A stretch of 64,000 nucleotides of DNA, taken from NCBI RefSeq assembly GCF_006345805.1, contig NC_042998.1, forward strand, positions 34,410,001 through 34,474,000, given 5' to 3'. The notes under the pieces were generated by a model. The model saw only the letters and a list, made by a program, of their open reading frames with translations. It searched no databases and was not told where the DNA came from. This stretch comes from Octopus sinensis (lineage: Eukaryota). How positions within the stretch are numbered: the first letter of the stretch is position 1; every line of letters begins with the position of its first letter. Position numbers and translations under genes: made by a program. Shown here in pieces: positions 25,675 to 39,199 of the stretch.

Positions 25675-25904
25675 TTAACCCTTTCCTTACTGTATTTCTG
25701 TTGAGATGCTCTGTGTTTCTTTCAATTAATTTTAAATACAACCAAGAATTTAGTAAAATAACTTAGTTATCATTAAGCTAGTGTTAGGAACATAAATTGT
25801 GACTAAGATTTGGTGGAAGATTTTAATTCAGAACTTTTGAAAAGAAGACATTTGTACTATAGAGCCAGAGCTGGTCTGAACCAGGTTGGTAACGAAAGGA
25901 CTAA
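25675..25904. mobile_element. piggyBac-type MITE
   Basis: Same internal sequence as 2375-2603; right TIR degenerate. Confidence 0.85.
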
Positions 25905-26748
25905 GACAGTTGGGTTAAAGGAGATTTTGCTTCTATTTCTAGCAGATTAAGTGATCACTTACAGGCTTCCTCCAAAACTAATCCTGTTGTATAATTGATA
26001 AAAATGCATAACTCTGCTTCATTTAATCTGCCTGGCTGACAGAGTTCATTTTTAATACACAGTAAGGTCAAGGTAGCAATAATACACAGTAGGGTCAAGG
26101 CAGCAATAAAAAATATAAAAAGAGATAAGAGCTTTGTTGAAGGAGTCTCTATGCAACCATTTAATTTATTAGGGGTAGCAACCAAATCTCTCAAACCAGG
26201 TACTCCTGTCTAATGCAGGACAGCCTACACGAGATAATGTTGTCCTAGTACCCTGTCTGGGGTGGGGGAAAAAAAAAGGATGGCTAATGGCTTGAATATT
26301 TCTGATTGTAAAGTATGTTCAGCTGATGTTGACCATTGGCTAAATACCAACAGTTTGTTTTATCTCTGGCTAAATATTTAAAATTTAAAAAAAAAAAAGT
26401 GGAAAGAAAATTAAAGGTAAAATAACATAGTAAACAGTAAAAGTGTTTTTCTGTTTGCTTGTTGGTTAGGAAAATACGCGTATTATATACGAGATTAAAT
26501 ATTTTATTGGTGATTTAGTTTCATTTCTTATCTTTTCGAGTCTAGATCCTCTTATGGTTGACTTCATATATTCTAAATCTCCAGAACTGAAAAATACTAT
26601 AAAAAAATAACATTGAACAGTCAAATCAACAATGTATTGTTATTACAAAGATTGGCTTAAAGTCTAGTCAAAAGAAATCATTCATAAAAACCTGCAGATT
26701 ATATTTATATATCTTTGTCTTCAATGAGAGGTTTCAGTCTTTCAATTA

Positions 26749-27009
26749 TACAGGGTGTTCAAAAAGTCTCTCCGCAGTGAATTTTTTTCATCCTGACTCT
26801 CCAAGAATCAAAGTCTCCAAGATATATTTCAAGACATGTGTAGAAGAGTCAACTTATGTATTGAAAATAAAGAACAACACTTCCAACACCTCTTATAAAG
26901 TTTTTTAAAGTCTTGTAAAGTCTAATATATTCTTTTGTAGTTTTATACCATTTTATATTTATTTTGCAATAAAATACTTACTGCAGAGAGACTTTTTGAA
27001 CACCCTCCA
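26749..27009 (+). mobile_element. Tc1/mariner internal-deletion derivative
   Basis: TA-cagggtgttcaaaaagtctctccgcagt ... actgcagagagactttttgaacaccct TIRs; internal RRVNLCIENKEQHFQHLL* matches a transposase C-terminus. Confidence 0.85.
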
Positions 27010-27530
27010 TTCTGATATCTCTGTAAAAATTCTATGGCAAATAATTAACTCAAATGATTGTTGGATATTAATGCATTGTTTTGATGCATGTTAAAACAGT
27101 ATTGATTTTTATGAAATTATAAGCTTTTAAACAGGCTTCCCAGTGTTAGATTATATATTAAATTGTAAAAATGTCAGTATGAATTTCCATAATATTATTT
27201 CATTTTACACAATGCTTTGCATTTGCTGGGATGTGTGTATTTGTGAATGTGCTGTGTGTGTTTCCATGTACATGGGTAGGCATATATATGCGTGTGCATG
27301 TGTATTCATATATATGCGTGTGCATGTGTATACATATGTATGTATGTAGTTGTGTTTGATACATCTGTGTGTGTGTGTGTGTGTGTATCTTCATCATTGT
27401 TTTTACTTTTACTTTTACCATGTTGTCATGAGTCAGATGAGGTTTTTGGTATCAGTATTCTATGATACAAACCAACCAGCTGCAGGGATATTTGCTCACA
27501 TGGGACATAAACATTATTCTGAAGCAATTT

Positions 27531-27903
27531 CATCATCATCATCAACATTGTTTAACGTCCGCTTTCCATGCTAGCATGGGTTGGACGGTTTGACCAGGGT
27601 CTGGGAAACCAGGAGGCTGCACCAGGGCCAGTCTGATCTGGCAGTGTTTCTACAGCTGGATGCCCTTCCTAACGCCAACCACTCCGTGAGTGTAGTGGGT
27701 GCTTTTTACATGCCACCGGCACGGGTGCCAGGTGAAGCTGGCAGCGGCTATGATCAGTTGATGCTTTTTACGTGCCACCGGCACAGAGGCCAGTCAAGGT
27801 GGCACTGGCAACAACCACGTTCAGATGGTTCTTTTGCATGCCACCAGCACTGGTGTCACAACTACAATTTCCATTGATTTTTGATCGATTTCAATTTCAA
27901 TTT
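27531..27903 (-). mobile_element. Family C ((GAT)n-tailed RTE 3' UTR) with 3 subrepeats
   Basis: catcatc...tttaacgtccgctttccatgctagcatggg...ctggatgcccttcctaacgccaacc plus repeated gctttttacatgccaccggcac. Confidence 0.85.
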
Positions 27904-27928
27904 GAAAATATGCCAAGACAAACACACA

Positions 27929-27965
<37 letters not shown>

Positions 27966-28312
27966 TACACACATAAATATAATATATATCACACACACAC
28001 ACACACACACACACACAGATACACACATAAATATAATATATATCACACACACACACACACACACCAATGTATAACAAGCTTCCTTACAATTTCCTTACAT
28101 TGCAGGCTTTTAAGAAGATGCTTGTCCAATGTAGCATTCAGTAAAACTGAACCAGAAACCATGTAGCTGCAAAGCCTCCGTACATCTAAATGCCATGTCT
28201 GTGCCTGTATACTATGGTTGTACCTATGAAATATATATACATATATAGAGTGGGCCGACTGACCAGAGCCATGTGAGTCCATTTGGTAGACAAAAACTGA
28301 AAGATGACCATC

Positions 28313-28348
<36 letters not shown>

Positions 28349-28393
28349 CTGTGTTTCTTCTCTCCCACTGCTTGACAACTGGTATTGATGTCT

Positions 28394-28609
28394 GGCTGCG
28401 AGCTGGCAGAATCGTTAGCACGCCGGGAGAAATGCTTAGCCGTATTTTGTCTGCCGCTACGTTCTGAGTTCAAATTCCGCCGAGGTCGATTTCAGGGTCG
28501 ATTAAATAAGTACCAGTCACGCACTGGGGTTGATATAATCGACTTAATCCGTTTGTCTGTCCTTGTTTGTCCTCTCTGTGTTTAGCCCCTTGTGGGTAGT
28601 AAAGAAATA
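28394..28609 (+). mobile_element. SINE family B nested in a SINE family A copy
   Basis: 13-bp TSD ggtattgatgtct at 28381-28393 and 28610-28622. Confidence 0.88.
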
Positions 28610-29560
28610 GGTATTGATGTCTTTATGTCCCCATGACCTAGTGGTTTGGAAAAAGAGACTGATGAAACAGGTATCAAGCTTAAAAAACAAACAAGTCCTG
28701 GGGTCAATTCCTTTGACTAATACCTTTCCAGGCAGTGCCCCAACACGGTTGCAGTCCTATAACTGGAACAAGTAAAAGATAAAAGATATGCAAAAATCTA
28801 ATGCTTTGCATAATAGATATTAGACATTTGCATATTTACTGCTAAGTTACAGTTCTACACTATCTTCTGCTGCTTACATTCTCACCATAATAAGCTCAAG
28901 AAGTTTCTTAGAATCCCAGAGCAGTTTTTGTAAATTTTATTCGAGACTCTGTTTTGTGATTGGATAGTTTTTCAATCACAACATCTTTGAATGTGGAAGT
29001 TGGAAGATCAATCTAAGACGAGATCCAGCAGAAAACCACTAATAATTCATTGAATGTAAAATGTCATTGTGGAAATAATCCGAGTAGATATTATGTAAGT
29101 TGTATTTTTTGTTCTTCCTTGGATGTGTTTGAGCTGTCAGGCTTAGTTTTGATCAAGCAGGTTTTTTTTAGAAAAGTTGAAAAGTTCAAAACCAAAGAAT
29201 TCTCGGGATGTTTGCTTTCTTGTCTACCAAAGCAAATTCCCATGTTTGTGATAAATGGGAAATTTCCTTTCTTATCTCCACAAAGATCCAATAGTTTTCT
29301 TGGCTTGTGCTGGAACAGCATTCAGTTCCTTCTTTGATGTTATTTACCTTGCTCATAACTAGCTGTTCTTCATCTGGAATTGGTATGCCTTTTCCATGTG
29401 TTTGTTGCATTTCTCCCAAATCTAAGCATATTTCAGGGATAGAATGAGTACTTGGCTTACAAAGAATAAGTCCTAGGGTCTTTAGCATGGCCATAGTCAA
29501 ATGACTGAAACAAGTAAAAGAATATTGTATTATATTACAGTATATTATATTACATAGGTG

Positions 29561-29798
29561 ATACCTATTTCTTTACTACCGACAAGGGGCTAAACACAGA
29601 GAGGACAAACAAGGACAGACAAACGGATTAAGTCGATTATATCGACCCCAGTGCATAACTGGTACTTATTTAATCGACCCCGATAGGATGAAAGGCAAAG
29701 TCGACCTCGGCAGAATTTGAACTCAGAACGTAACGGCAGACGAAATACGGCTACGCATTTCGCCCGGCGTGCTAACGCTTCTGCGAGCTCACTGCCTT
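29561..29798 (-). mobile_element. SINE family B, young copy
   Basis: Full-length with CpGs retained; flank duplication tattacataggtgatacc at 29548-29565 and 29821-29838. Confidence 0.88.
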
Positions 29799-30539
29799 AT
29801 AGTCTCAGTATACCAACCCCTATTACATAGGTGATACCCTCATCCTGCACAAGATCAAAAACCACCCCTATTAAAATCTCATAAACAATAACCATAACTT
29901 TAGAATCATTCAATGTCATTATGTATGTAATCCTAAGTGAATGGCACTCCCAAGATGAAGATTTTAAAAGATAATGCTACCCAACTGTCGTCCACTTAGC
30001 AAAGTGAACATTATATTATTATTGCATATATCATCTGCTTCTTTGTCATAAGATAAACCAAATCTTTTGAATATAGCGTTGAAAATGAAGGTTTGACATC
30101 ATACAAAGCATTCGACAAAACAGAGCTTTGATGGTTCAATTTTGGTTTGTAATATATCTTTATAAAGTGATCAACACAAGATTTAAAATCTTACCATTGA
30201 AGTGGTTAGTCTGAGACAAGTTCATTTTTCACATTTTCAAATATCAAAGAAAAGTTACTACCAAAATACCACATTATCATGTAGTGTTTACTTGGCCATG
30301 CCTTTGGTAATCTCACTGTCCATATTGTTTTGTAATTCTTTGGTTCTAACAAGATCTGCAAGCACAAATAGATGCTAATCTTCAACATGGATGCCTCTGC
30401 TTTATATGGTTGCAATATGCACCACAGCTTGGCTCCAATTCTTTCATCTGCTGTTTTCTCCTTCACTTCTTCTAAATGCCTTATTAGTTTTTATACACGA
30501 TATAAATATGTATGCTTGTCTGTGTGTGTATATATATAT

Positions 30540-30777
30540 AAGTTCAGCAAAATTTAGATTCAGATGAATATGGTACTTAAGTTAAAGGCACCAAAATTTG
30601 GTATGGTATTATCCATATAAATCAAACGGGGTGATTATAATCAAAATAAGCAACAAGGATATCCAAGGTAGTGTAGTACAATCGTTTCATGCTACTTTAT
30701 TTTATTAAACACTAAGTATTACATCAGTTTTAAAATGTAGAGCAACACTACCTTGGATATCCTTGTTGCTTATTTTG

Positions 30778-30780
<3 letters not shown>
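30540..30780. mobile_element. (TA)n-embedded element with terminal fold-back (Penelope-like remnant?)
   Basis: Perfect 35-bp inverted repeat 30640-30674 / 30745-30779; (TA)n on both sides. Confidence 0.55.
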
Positions 30781-30808
<28 letters not shown>

Positions 30809-30816
30809 ATATATAT

Positions 30817-31072
30817 ATGGTCTGATCAATAAATATCTGGACGGTTGCCATAGTAATGAAGCTAAAGCATGCAGAGTGAAACCGCTGGGCGCTGACTGAC
30901 CTTTAACTCTGCGATGTGTATGCACTAAGTTTTATCATTCTAACTCACTTTTGCTGTTTACAGCAGTGCTTGAAAGGAAGATGTGTAGTGTGTGATCATC
31001 GCATTGGCCATGACAGAGGAAGTCGAGCAGAGAATTTGCATTAAATTTTGCCAAAAGCTTGGCGATACCTGC
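30817..31072 (+). mobile_element. mariner transposon 5' end (truncated)
   Basis: TIR-like ggtctgatcaataaatatctggac after (TA)n; ATG at 31010 gives MTEEVEQRICIKFCQKLGDTC (mariner N-terminal EQRxxIKFC motif). Confidence 0.85.
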
Positions 31073-31693
31073 ACATAAAACACAAGCACCACACACACAC
31101 AGATATAAACATACATGCATACTTATATTACACATAATACACACATTGACATATATATATAAACATACATATATATATATATTCATATACCCTCTCGGAG
31201 GGATTGGCGTTAGGAAGGGCATCCAGCTATAGAAACTCTGCCAGATCAAGATTGGAGCCTGGTGCAGCCATCTAGTTTGCCAGCCCTCAGTCAAAATCGT
31301 CCAACCCATGCTAGCATGGAAAGTGGATGTTAAACGATGATGATGATGATATATATATGGTTTTTTACCCTTAGGTTTTTTGCTGAATTTTTTCTTGAGA
31401 ACACATTCTTTGTGGAAAATGGCGATTTTGACGTCTCTATCTAGCATACAGGCTGTCCATTTTTTTAGTGGTCAGTCCTCTAAATTTAATCTTCGGATTT
31501 TTTAAAAATATGCTAGGCCACTGGTTTTAATTGATTAATATCAATTTCTACCCTTATTTATTTTTGTCAGTAAACAGGTCGCGGTCTTAAAGCGACAAAA
31601 ATATTTTAACAAATTAAACTTAAATGTTGAAGTGAATCGAACGGCTTTTGTGTGTTTCTTAAATGGCTTACAAACACCTTCCACGCTGCAATT

Positions 31694-31736
<43 letters not shown>

Positions 31737-32035
31737 AAATATAATAAATACGAGCTGTTATGCTAACGTTTCTGCCAGCTTATATTTATTATATTAGATA
31801 TATATATATATATGTCAATGTGTGTATTATGTGTAATATAAGTACACATATATGTTTATATGTGTGTGGTGCGTGTGTTTATGTGATTCTGTGTCTACTG
31901 AGCTGTTGCATGTCATTTATATGTCTACCTGTCTCTCTTTCTCTATCTCTGTCTCTCACTCTATGTATACACACACACACATGCATATATAGGTGTTTCT
32001 ACATGCATATATTATATTTACGTGTGCGTAGGTGT

Positions 32036-32074
<39 letters not shown>

Positions 32075-33133
32075 ATAAGCTGTCTTTATGCGTTGACATA
32101 AATTCAATCACATTGATATTCATGTGCACATGCGTGTCTTTTTGCAGCTTTGTAACGTGCTTCGTGTGCATTCGTGATTGTATTCAAGTGCTCACCTGAT
32201 TTCTGTCTATGGGTGAATCTCCTGGTTGTTCCACTCCTCAATTTCATTTCTTCACTTGACCTGGCTTTCAACTTCAAAATCCTCCCACTCGCTACTTCCG
32301 CCAACTCTTCCACTTCTCCTCCTCCTCTCACATCATCCTCCTACTCACACTAATCTCCACGAAAAACTCACTCCTCTTCTCCCCCACGCCTCTTCTCTAA
32401 CTTTTCTTCCTCATTCCGTATTTGCTTCTTACGTGTCTCAGTGTTGGGTTCCATGAATTTACCAAAGAATGACACTCTGGAATCTTAGGTTTTTCAATTT
32501 TCATGGCAAATTACTTCTTTTGTCTTTCGCCTGTTTCAGACATTAGGCTGCGGCCATGCTGGAGCACTGTCTTGAAGAATTTTTTTGTCAAATGAATTTA
32601 CTCCATGGCTAATTCTTTCCTATTTTTTTTTAAAGCTTCATTCTTATTCTGACAGTTTCTTTTGCTGAACTGCTATGTTGCAGTGGTGTAAATACCAGTT
32701 GCCAAGCGGTGGTGGGGGACAAACACATACACACATACCCACACACATGATGGGCTTCTTTCAGTTTCCATCTATCAAATCTTCTCATAAGAATATATTA
32801 GAAGACACTTGCCAAAAGTACCACACAGTGGGACTGAATCCACAACTATGTGGTTGGTAAGAAAGCTACTTACCACACAGCCACTCCTATGCCTTTACGT
32901 TCTGAGTTCAAATTCTGCTGAGTCTATCTTTGCTTTTCAACCTTTCAAGGCTGACAGAGAACGAGAAAGAGAGAGAGATACATAGATATATACACACATA
33001 CATATACACATATATATGTGTGTTTATATAAAGTTAACCCAAACATGAAAACACAAAGAGAAAACACAACAACGCGAGGACGTGGAACAAATATAGTATT
33101 ATTGGACGCTCAGGAAGGAAGGGAAGATGGAGG

Positions 33134-33168
33134 GTTTAACGTTTCGAGCGGAGCTCTTCGTCGGAAAC
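33134..33168 (-). ncRNA. Candidate minimal type-I hammerhead (C3-G8, U4C)
   Basis: Minus strand GUUU-CCGACGA-A-GAGC ucc GCUC-GAAAC-GUU-AAAC with palindromic ACGU helix III; truncated paralog at ~23108-23130. Confidence 0.6.
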
Positions 33169-33639
33169 GTGGGAGAAGGAAAGATCCAGAGAAGGGAAGA
33201 CAGAGGAAAAAAAATCGCCAACGTTACACACGCGATCACATTTTGAATGTGTGTTTATATATATATATAAATTATCATACAAGATGGAATGAACAGGCTT
33301 TAATTAAAATCATAGCAATTTTTTCTGTGCGTTAGCAAAGGCTGTTGCTGAGTGGTATATATAATATGTGAAACACTTGGTAACTAACAGCTGTTGTTAA
33401 TGGACAGAAACAATTGTTGTGATTTGTATTAAAGCCTGTTCATTCTACCTTCTTGTATCATAACTTCGTTTTGTATGAATTCCGCATGCATTAACGGATT
33501 TCCATATCTATACCTCAGTAAAAGGAGTACTGCTGTATGATAGCATACGATAACCAGTAACGATAGAGGAGATTTGAAATGCACATTATAAAGTTATTAC
33601 CTCCCCCCCTGATACTATTAAATATATATATAATCATAT

Positions 33640-34020
33640 ACTCTTTTACTTGTTTCACTCATTTGACTGCGACCATGCTGGAGCATCACCTTTAGTTGAA
33701 TAAATTGATCCCAGGACTTATTCTTTGTAAGCCTAGTACTTATTCTATCAGTTTCTTTTTGATGAACTGCTAAGTGACGGGGGAACATAAACACACCAAC
33801 GTTGGTTGTCAAGTGATGGTGTAGGGACAAACACATACATACGTACATACATACATATACACGATGGGCTTCTTTTAGTTTCCGTCTACCAAATCCACTC
33901 ACACGGCTTTGGTCAGTCTGAGGTTATAGTAGAAGACACTTGCCCAAGGTGCCATGCAGTGGGACTGAACCCGGAACCATGTGGTTGGGAAGCAAACTTC
34001 TTACCACACAGCCACTCCTG
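33640..34020 (-). mobile_element. SINE family A
   Basis: Full-length reverse copy. Confidence 0.87.
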
Positions 34021-35056
34021 TTCATGCACATTATGTGGTTCTTCATTTCTTAAAGAATCCTTTGTATCTGATTTCCAATTCATCTGTTCATTTCAGTGCT
34101 ATAATTTCCCAGTTGGCTTATATTTTAAGAACCGCCCAAAATTCGATCTTCATTTTTAATTGTAAGCGATTCAGTCTTGCTTTACTAAGAATATGAAATT
34201 TTCATTCTTTTTTTTTTTTTCCCCCATTTACATGAGTTCTGAAATATTCAAAATGCTTTGCAATTAAAAATATAAATTGAGAAAAACAGTTTTTAATTTG
34301 TGTATTTTCACTTATTTCAATTTGATTTTGAAATTGCTTTTAAATAGGAAATTACATATTATTTGCTTTGTTCTTAATTTTTTTTTTCCTCCTACTATGA
34401 AATTTTTTTTTTTTTCTGTTTGTCTTAATTTTACTTATAATTAATTATTCGTGGTTGATTAATTTTCCATCTTTTAGAAAATGTTACAAATGATTAAGTA
34501 TTTTAAAACAATGACAAAATATAACAAAAATTTTGCAACAATAAATTTCAAATTAATCTCTGCTTTTATCCTAATTCTCAGCTGCTTATCATCATCATCA
34601 TCATCCTTAACTGTACAAGAGGTATTTCTAACCTCACCTCTAATTATACGAGCTATACACTGCTGTTATATAGTATATGTCATATAACATGATCACGTGA
34701 TTGAACAAACTAGCTGTTGTTGTTATACATCACTAATCACAATGCACTTTTGCATCATTTTAGCTTTCTAATGATGCCAACATAATTTCTAATGAGCAGG
34801 CCAACATACATACATACATAGACACAAACGCACATCATTATTTGGGGACTATCTCGTTTGAAATTGAGGGATTGTATTTCAAGGTGATTCATTAAAGAAG
34901 CATGTCTTTAAAATTATATTTGTAATAAATATACCTCATAGACCTTATTTGGTAAAATCCATTCTATTTTCAATCAAAGAATAGAAGACTTTAAGTCCCA
35001 CTTCATGCAAGTTTGGTAAAACTTCATCTTTTGGAATTTTGAATTTTCCAGACCTC

Positions 35057-35520
35057 TTAACCCCCTTCATACCAAATTGCCCAAGACCACTTATTGATTT
35101 ATGATTCAAACTTTCCTATTTTTAAGTGAACTAAATTAAAACCTTCCATAAAAATTTCATATTAATTCAAGTCCTAAATTCCAATTTAATAATTCTTTCT
35201 ACTGGAAGCACAGGCCTCAAATTAGTGGGGAAAGGATTAAGTCAATTACATCGACACCCCAGTATGTAACTGGGACTTGTTTAATCAACCCTGAAAGGAT
35301 GAAAGGCAAAGTTGACCCAGGTAGAATTTGAACTCAGAACGTAGCAGCAGTCGAAATACTGCTAAGCATTCCATCCGGCGGGCTAACAATTCTTCGAGCT
35401 TGCCACTCTACTCCAATTTAATAACAATCAAGTTATTTTACAAAATTTTTTATTTCTACCAAAAATTAATTAAAACAAAGGCAGTGTATTTTAACAGGAA
35501 TTTGGTAATGAAAGGGTTAA
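35057..35520. mobile_element. Older piggyBac-type MITE with nested SINE B
   Basis: TTAA-cccc...gaaaggg-TTAA; SINE B (minus) flanked by 13-bp TSD tccaatttaataa (35180-35192, 35412-35424). Confidence 0.75.
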
Positions 35521-35935
35521 TAAATTTCTTTTTTTAAAATTTTAACCTCCACTTATCAAATGTTGTACTGTATCAGCCATTTTAAATGTTTCGTGGACCA
35601 GTATTAATCAGCACTGAAGTGACGTTCCATCTTTTTTTTTATACCTATAGAAGCATATTAGTACTTACTTTGCTTCAGTACATCACATACTTAATACATA
35701 GGATTGGCATAGTTGAAGCATGTAATGCCGATGGAGGCTTGGTGTCAAGTCTTAAAGAAGTTAGAACGAAACATTATATGAACTCTAATGATATTTTGAT
35801 ATATAATCCAGTCTGAATTGGATGGTTAAACAGAAATGTAACTGGATAACACTGGCCACTAATGATTCTGTTCTTGAACTGTTATTTCTTTTAAGTTTCC
35901 TTTGGATAGAATCAATGTTTAAAAATCATTGGTTA

Positions 35936-36154
35936 TTAACCCTTTCGATACCAAACCGGCTGAAACCAGCTCTGAGTACAAATGTCTTATTTTCAAAAGT
36001 TCTGAATTAAAATCTACCAAACTTTAGTCACAATTTATGCTCCTAACACTAGCTTAATGATCACTAAGTTATTTTACTAAATTCTTTGTTATATTTAAAG
36101 TAATTAAAAGAAACACAGAGCATCTCAAAATAAATACAGTAATGAAAGGGTTAA
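35936..36154. mobile_element. piggyBac-type MITE
   Basis: TTAA ccctttcgatac ... gtaatgaaaggg TTAA. Confidence 0.9.
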
Positions 36155-36174
36155 GCTATGTTCCCTGTAATTTA

Positions 36175-36432
36175 TTTCGTTTTTGGATTTGGTTTGCAAG
36201 ATTCTTTATGTAAGTTCATGTGTTGAAGCATATTCTGTTGTGTCTGGGGAGAGTCATTCTCTTTTGGTGCCTTATAATTTAACACACTCACTGGTAAAAT
36301 TTCCACTTATTTCTTTTTTATTTTTCTAAAATTTTCATTGTGTCTTGCAACCTTTTCAATAATTTTGAGTTGAAAATGTTGCAAGATGCAACGAAAATTT
36401 TAGAAAAATAAAAAATAAATAAGTGGTAATTT
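36175..36432 (-). mobile_element. Fold-back retroelement with hammerhead-like motif and 14-bp TSD
   Basis: TSD ttccctgtaattta at 36161-36174 and 36433-36446; inverted duplication ~36296-36360 / 36370-36432; same family as 52790-53064. Confidence 0.75.
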
Positions 36433-37395
36433 TTCCCTGTAATTTAATTTTACATAAAGAGTGCTAATGCTGGTGCCTCATATCCTCATATAAAGCACCC
36501 CCTGCTGGTGCCATGTATAAAGCACTGTGCCAGCATCACATAAAAGGTATGCATGCTGGCACCGTGTAAGAAAACTCTCATGCTGGTATCACATAGAAAG
36601 CACCCAGTCCACTCTGTAAATTGGCTGGCATTAGGAAGGGCATCCAGCTGTAGAAAACCATGCCAAAACAGACAAATAGGGCCTGGGGTGCAGCTCTCAA
36701 GCTTGCCAGTTCCTTTCAAACTGTCTAACCAATACCAGCATGGAAAATGGGTGTTATACAATGATGATGATGAGTAATATTTTGAGACTGAAGGAATGCA
36801 CTTTTGTCTTGTACGCCTGCACATTTCGTACCCTGTTGACACAAAAAAAAACAAATAAATGAAAATAAGGACAGTCTAATGATAACGAGTATTGCTAACA
36901 CAATAATCGATCCTATTTCTTCTCTTATTTCTGATGTTAATGTTGTTATTTTATAAAATTTCACATCTTTTTTCTTCTTATTGAATTTCATTGCTATTCT
37001 TAGCTGGTTTATTGATTTTTAGGCCTCTTCAGATGTTTGCTTCTCTCATTGTTTAATTTCTCAATTAATAAATACAACAAAATATAATGAATAAAAGTTC
37101 TTTTTTTTTTGTAATATTGAACAGTTTACTTATCAAGTTTGAGTTACATAATTTTCGTATTTGAAATTAATATAATTATTCAAAGTCCCTTTATTAATAT
37201 AGAAAATTGTATCATGATATGTGAGTGATATGTTATTACCACTTCAGAGAGGTTATCCTTTGTGAAGGCTCATGACTTAGTAACTTCGGATATTCGGTTC
37301 TTGATTGTGAGATCATGTGTACAGTACCTGGCGGAGCGTTCTCTACTTCAGCAAGGCACTTTATTTCATACTGTTCCAGTTCACTCATTTGATGG

Positions 37396-37900
37396 GAACC
37401 TGTGGAAGAGGTAGACCTATGAAGACCTGGGATGAGGCTGTGAAGCATGACCTTCAAACGTTGGGCCTCACAGAGGCCCAAGTGACCTGAGACCTTTGGA
37501 GATATGCCATGTTTGAGAAGACCTGGCAAGCCAAATGAGATTGTAGCCATGGCTGATGCCAGTGTCGCACAGTGGGACAGAACCCAGAGCCATGTGATTG
37601 AGAAGCATGCTTCTTCCCACACAGTCTAAAAGTACCTTTCAATCGTCAGGCAATATGCTGTGCTTGAGAAGCCTTGTTGAGTCAAGTGCCGCCTGACTGG
37701 CACCCGTACTGGTGCCACATAAAAGGCATTCATTACACTCTCGGAGTGGTTGGCATTAGGAAGGGCATCCAGCTGTAGAAACCTCGTCAAATCAGATTGG
37801 AGCCTGGTGCAGGCTCCTGGCTTGCCAGTCCTCAGTAAAATCAGCCAACCCATACCAGCATGGAAAGTGGACGTTAAACAACAACGCCGATGACGACGAC
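37396..37900 (+). mobile_element. RTE LINE ORF2 end running into family C 3' UTR (interrupted)
   Basis: CGRGRPMKTWDEAVKHDLQTLGLTEA...DLWRYA.FEKT, then gagaag...gagtcaagtg, ggcattaggaagggcatccagctgtag and tail. Confidence 0.75.
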
Positions 37901-39199
37901 GTAGTAGTAGTAGTAGTAGTAATAGTAGTAGTAGTAGTAGTAGAAGTAGTAGTAGTAGTAGCAACTGTATTTCAAAGGGCCAGCCTTGTCATACTCGGTG
38001 TCATGCTGAATCTCCCTGGGAGCTACATTAAGGATACGCATGCCTGTGGAGCGCTCAGCCACTTGCATGTTAATTTCTCGAGCAGGCTGTTCCATCAATC
38101 AGCTCAACTGGAACCCGTATCGTCGTAATCGACTGTGTGTCAGTTTTATCTATCCTTTGATATTCACTTTGACAGAGAGATTAAAGATCACATCAATAGC
38201 TACAGTAATCCCGTTGTGCTGATAAATGCTGTATCGAAAGACAGAAAGGTTATCTTGTCAGGCCCTGCGGGATTTCTGATCACTCAGCCTTCAGAACTTT
38301 ACGTAATCATCAAGTTTTTGACCGTTATGTAAAGCAGATGGTTTTTATCTCTTCATTTTACCAGTTCTTTCATTCTTTCACTTGTTTCAGTCATTTGACT
38401 GTGGCCATGCTGGAGCACCGCCTTTAGTCGACCAAATTGACCCCAGGACTTATTGCTTGTAAGCCTAGTAGTTATACTTATTGGTTTCTTTTGCCAAAGT
38501 TACGGGGACGTAAACACACCAATATCAGTTGTCAAGCGATGGTGGTGGTGGTGGGGGGGCAGACACATACATACATACACACACACATACATACATACAT
38601 ACATAGAAACAAAAGAAAGGATAAAATCATTAAAAATTTTATCTATGGCCAACATATAAAAATAGATCTATCAAGTGGTAAGAAAATTTAGTGTTTCTTT
38701 TCAGCATATACGAAAGATTTTGTTCTGTATCTTTAATTATATAAATACAAGAGTAAAAAAGAAAGACAGACAGAAAAAAGGAAAATGTCCCTTGCATTTG
38801 AAAACTATGGAAATATTATAAAAAAACATTTAATTTAATTTTTCCCCAATTGAATTGTTTTCCATGCTTTCCTCTAAGTTGAAAAAGTCGCAAAGACTGA
38901 AACTGGTACTAAAATGTTCTTCATGATAAAATTATTTTAGCATTTTCTACCTTGTCTTATTTTCCTTATATATATATATATACATATATATATGATGGGC
39001 TTCTTTCAGTTTCCACCTACCAATTGAACTCACAAGGTTTTGGTTGGCCCGAGACTATAGTAGGCAACATTTGCCCAAGGTGTCACACAGTGGGACAGAA
39101 CCCAGAGCCATGTGATTGCGAAGCATGCTTCTGACCACACAGCCACACCTGCGCCTACATGTTGAATATGTTTAGGTGGAAAGCTAGCAGGACTGTTAC

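Noticed and set aside
29050-29500. Overlapping ORFs in unique-looking sequence
   Set aside because: No recognisable motif or splice boundaries; the 29186-29500 ORF starts inside a SINE tail.
33806-34159. Recurrent peptides such as EDTCPRCHAVGLNPEPCGW and LQLDALPNANHS in many ORFs
   Set aside because: Chance frames through SINE A and family C repeats, not a gene family.
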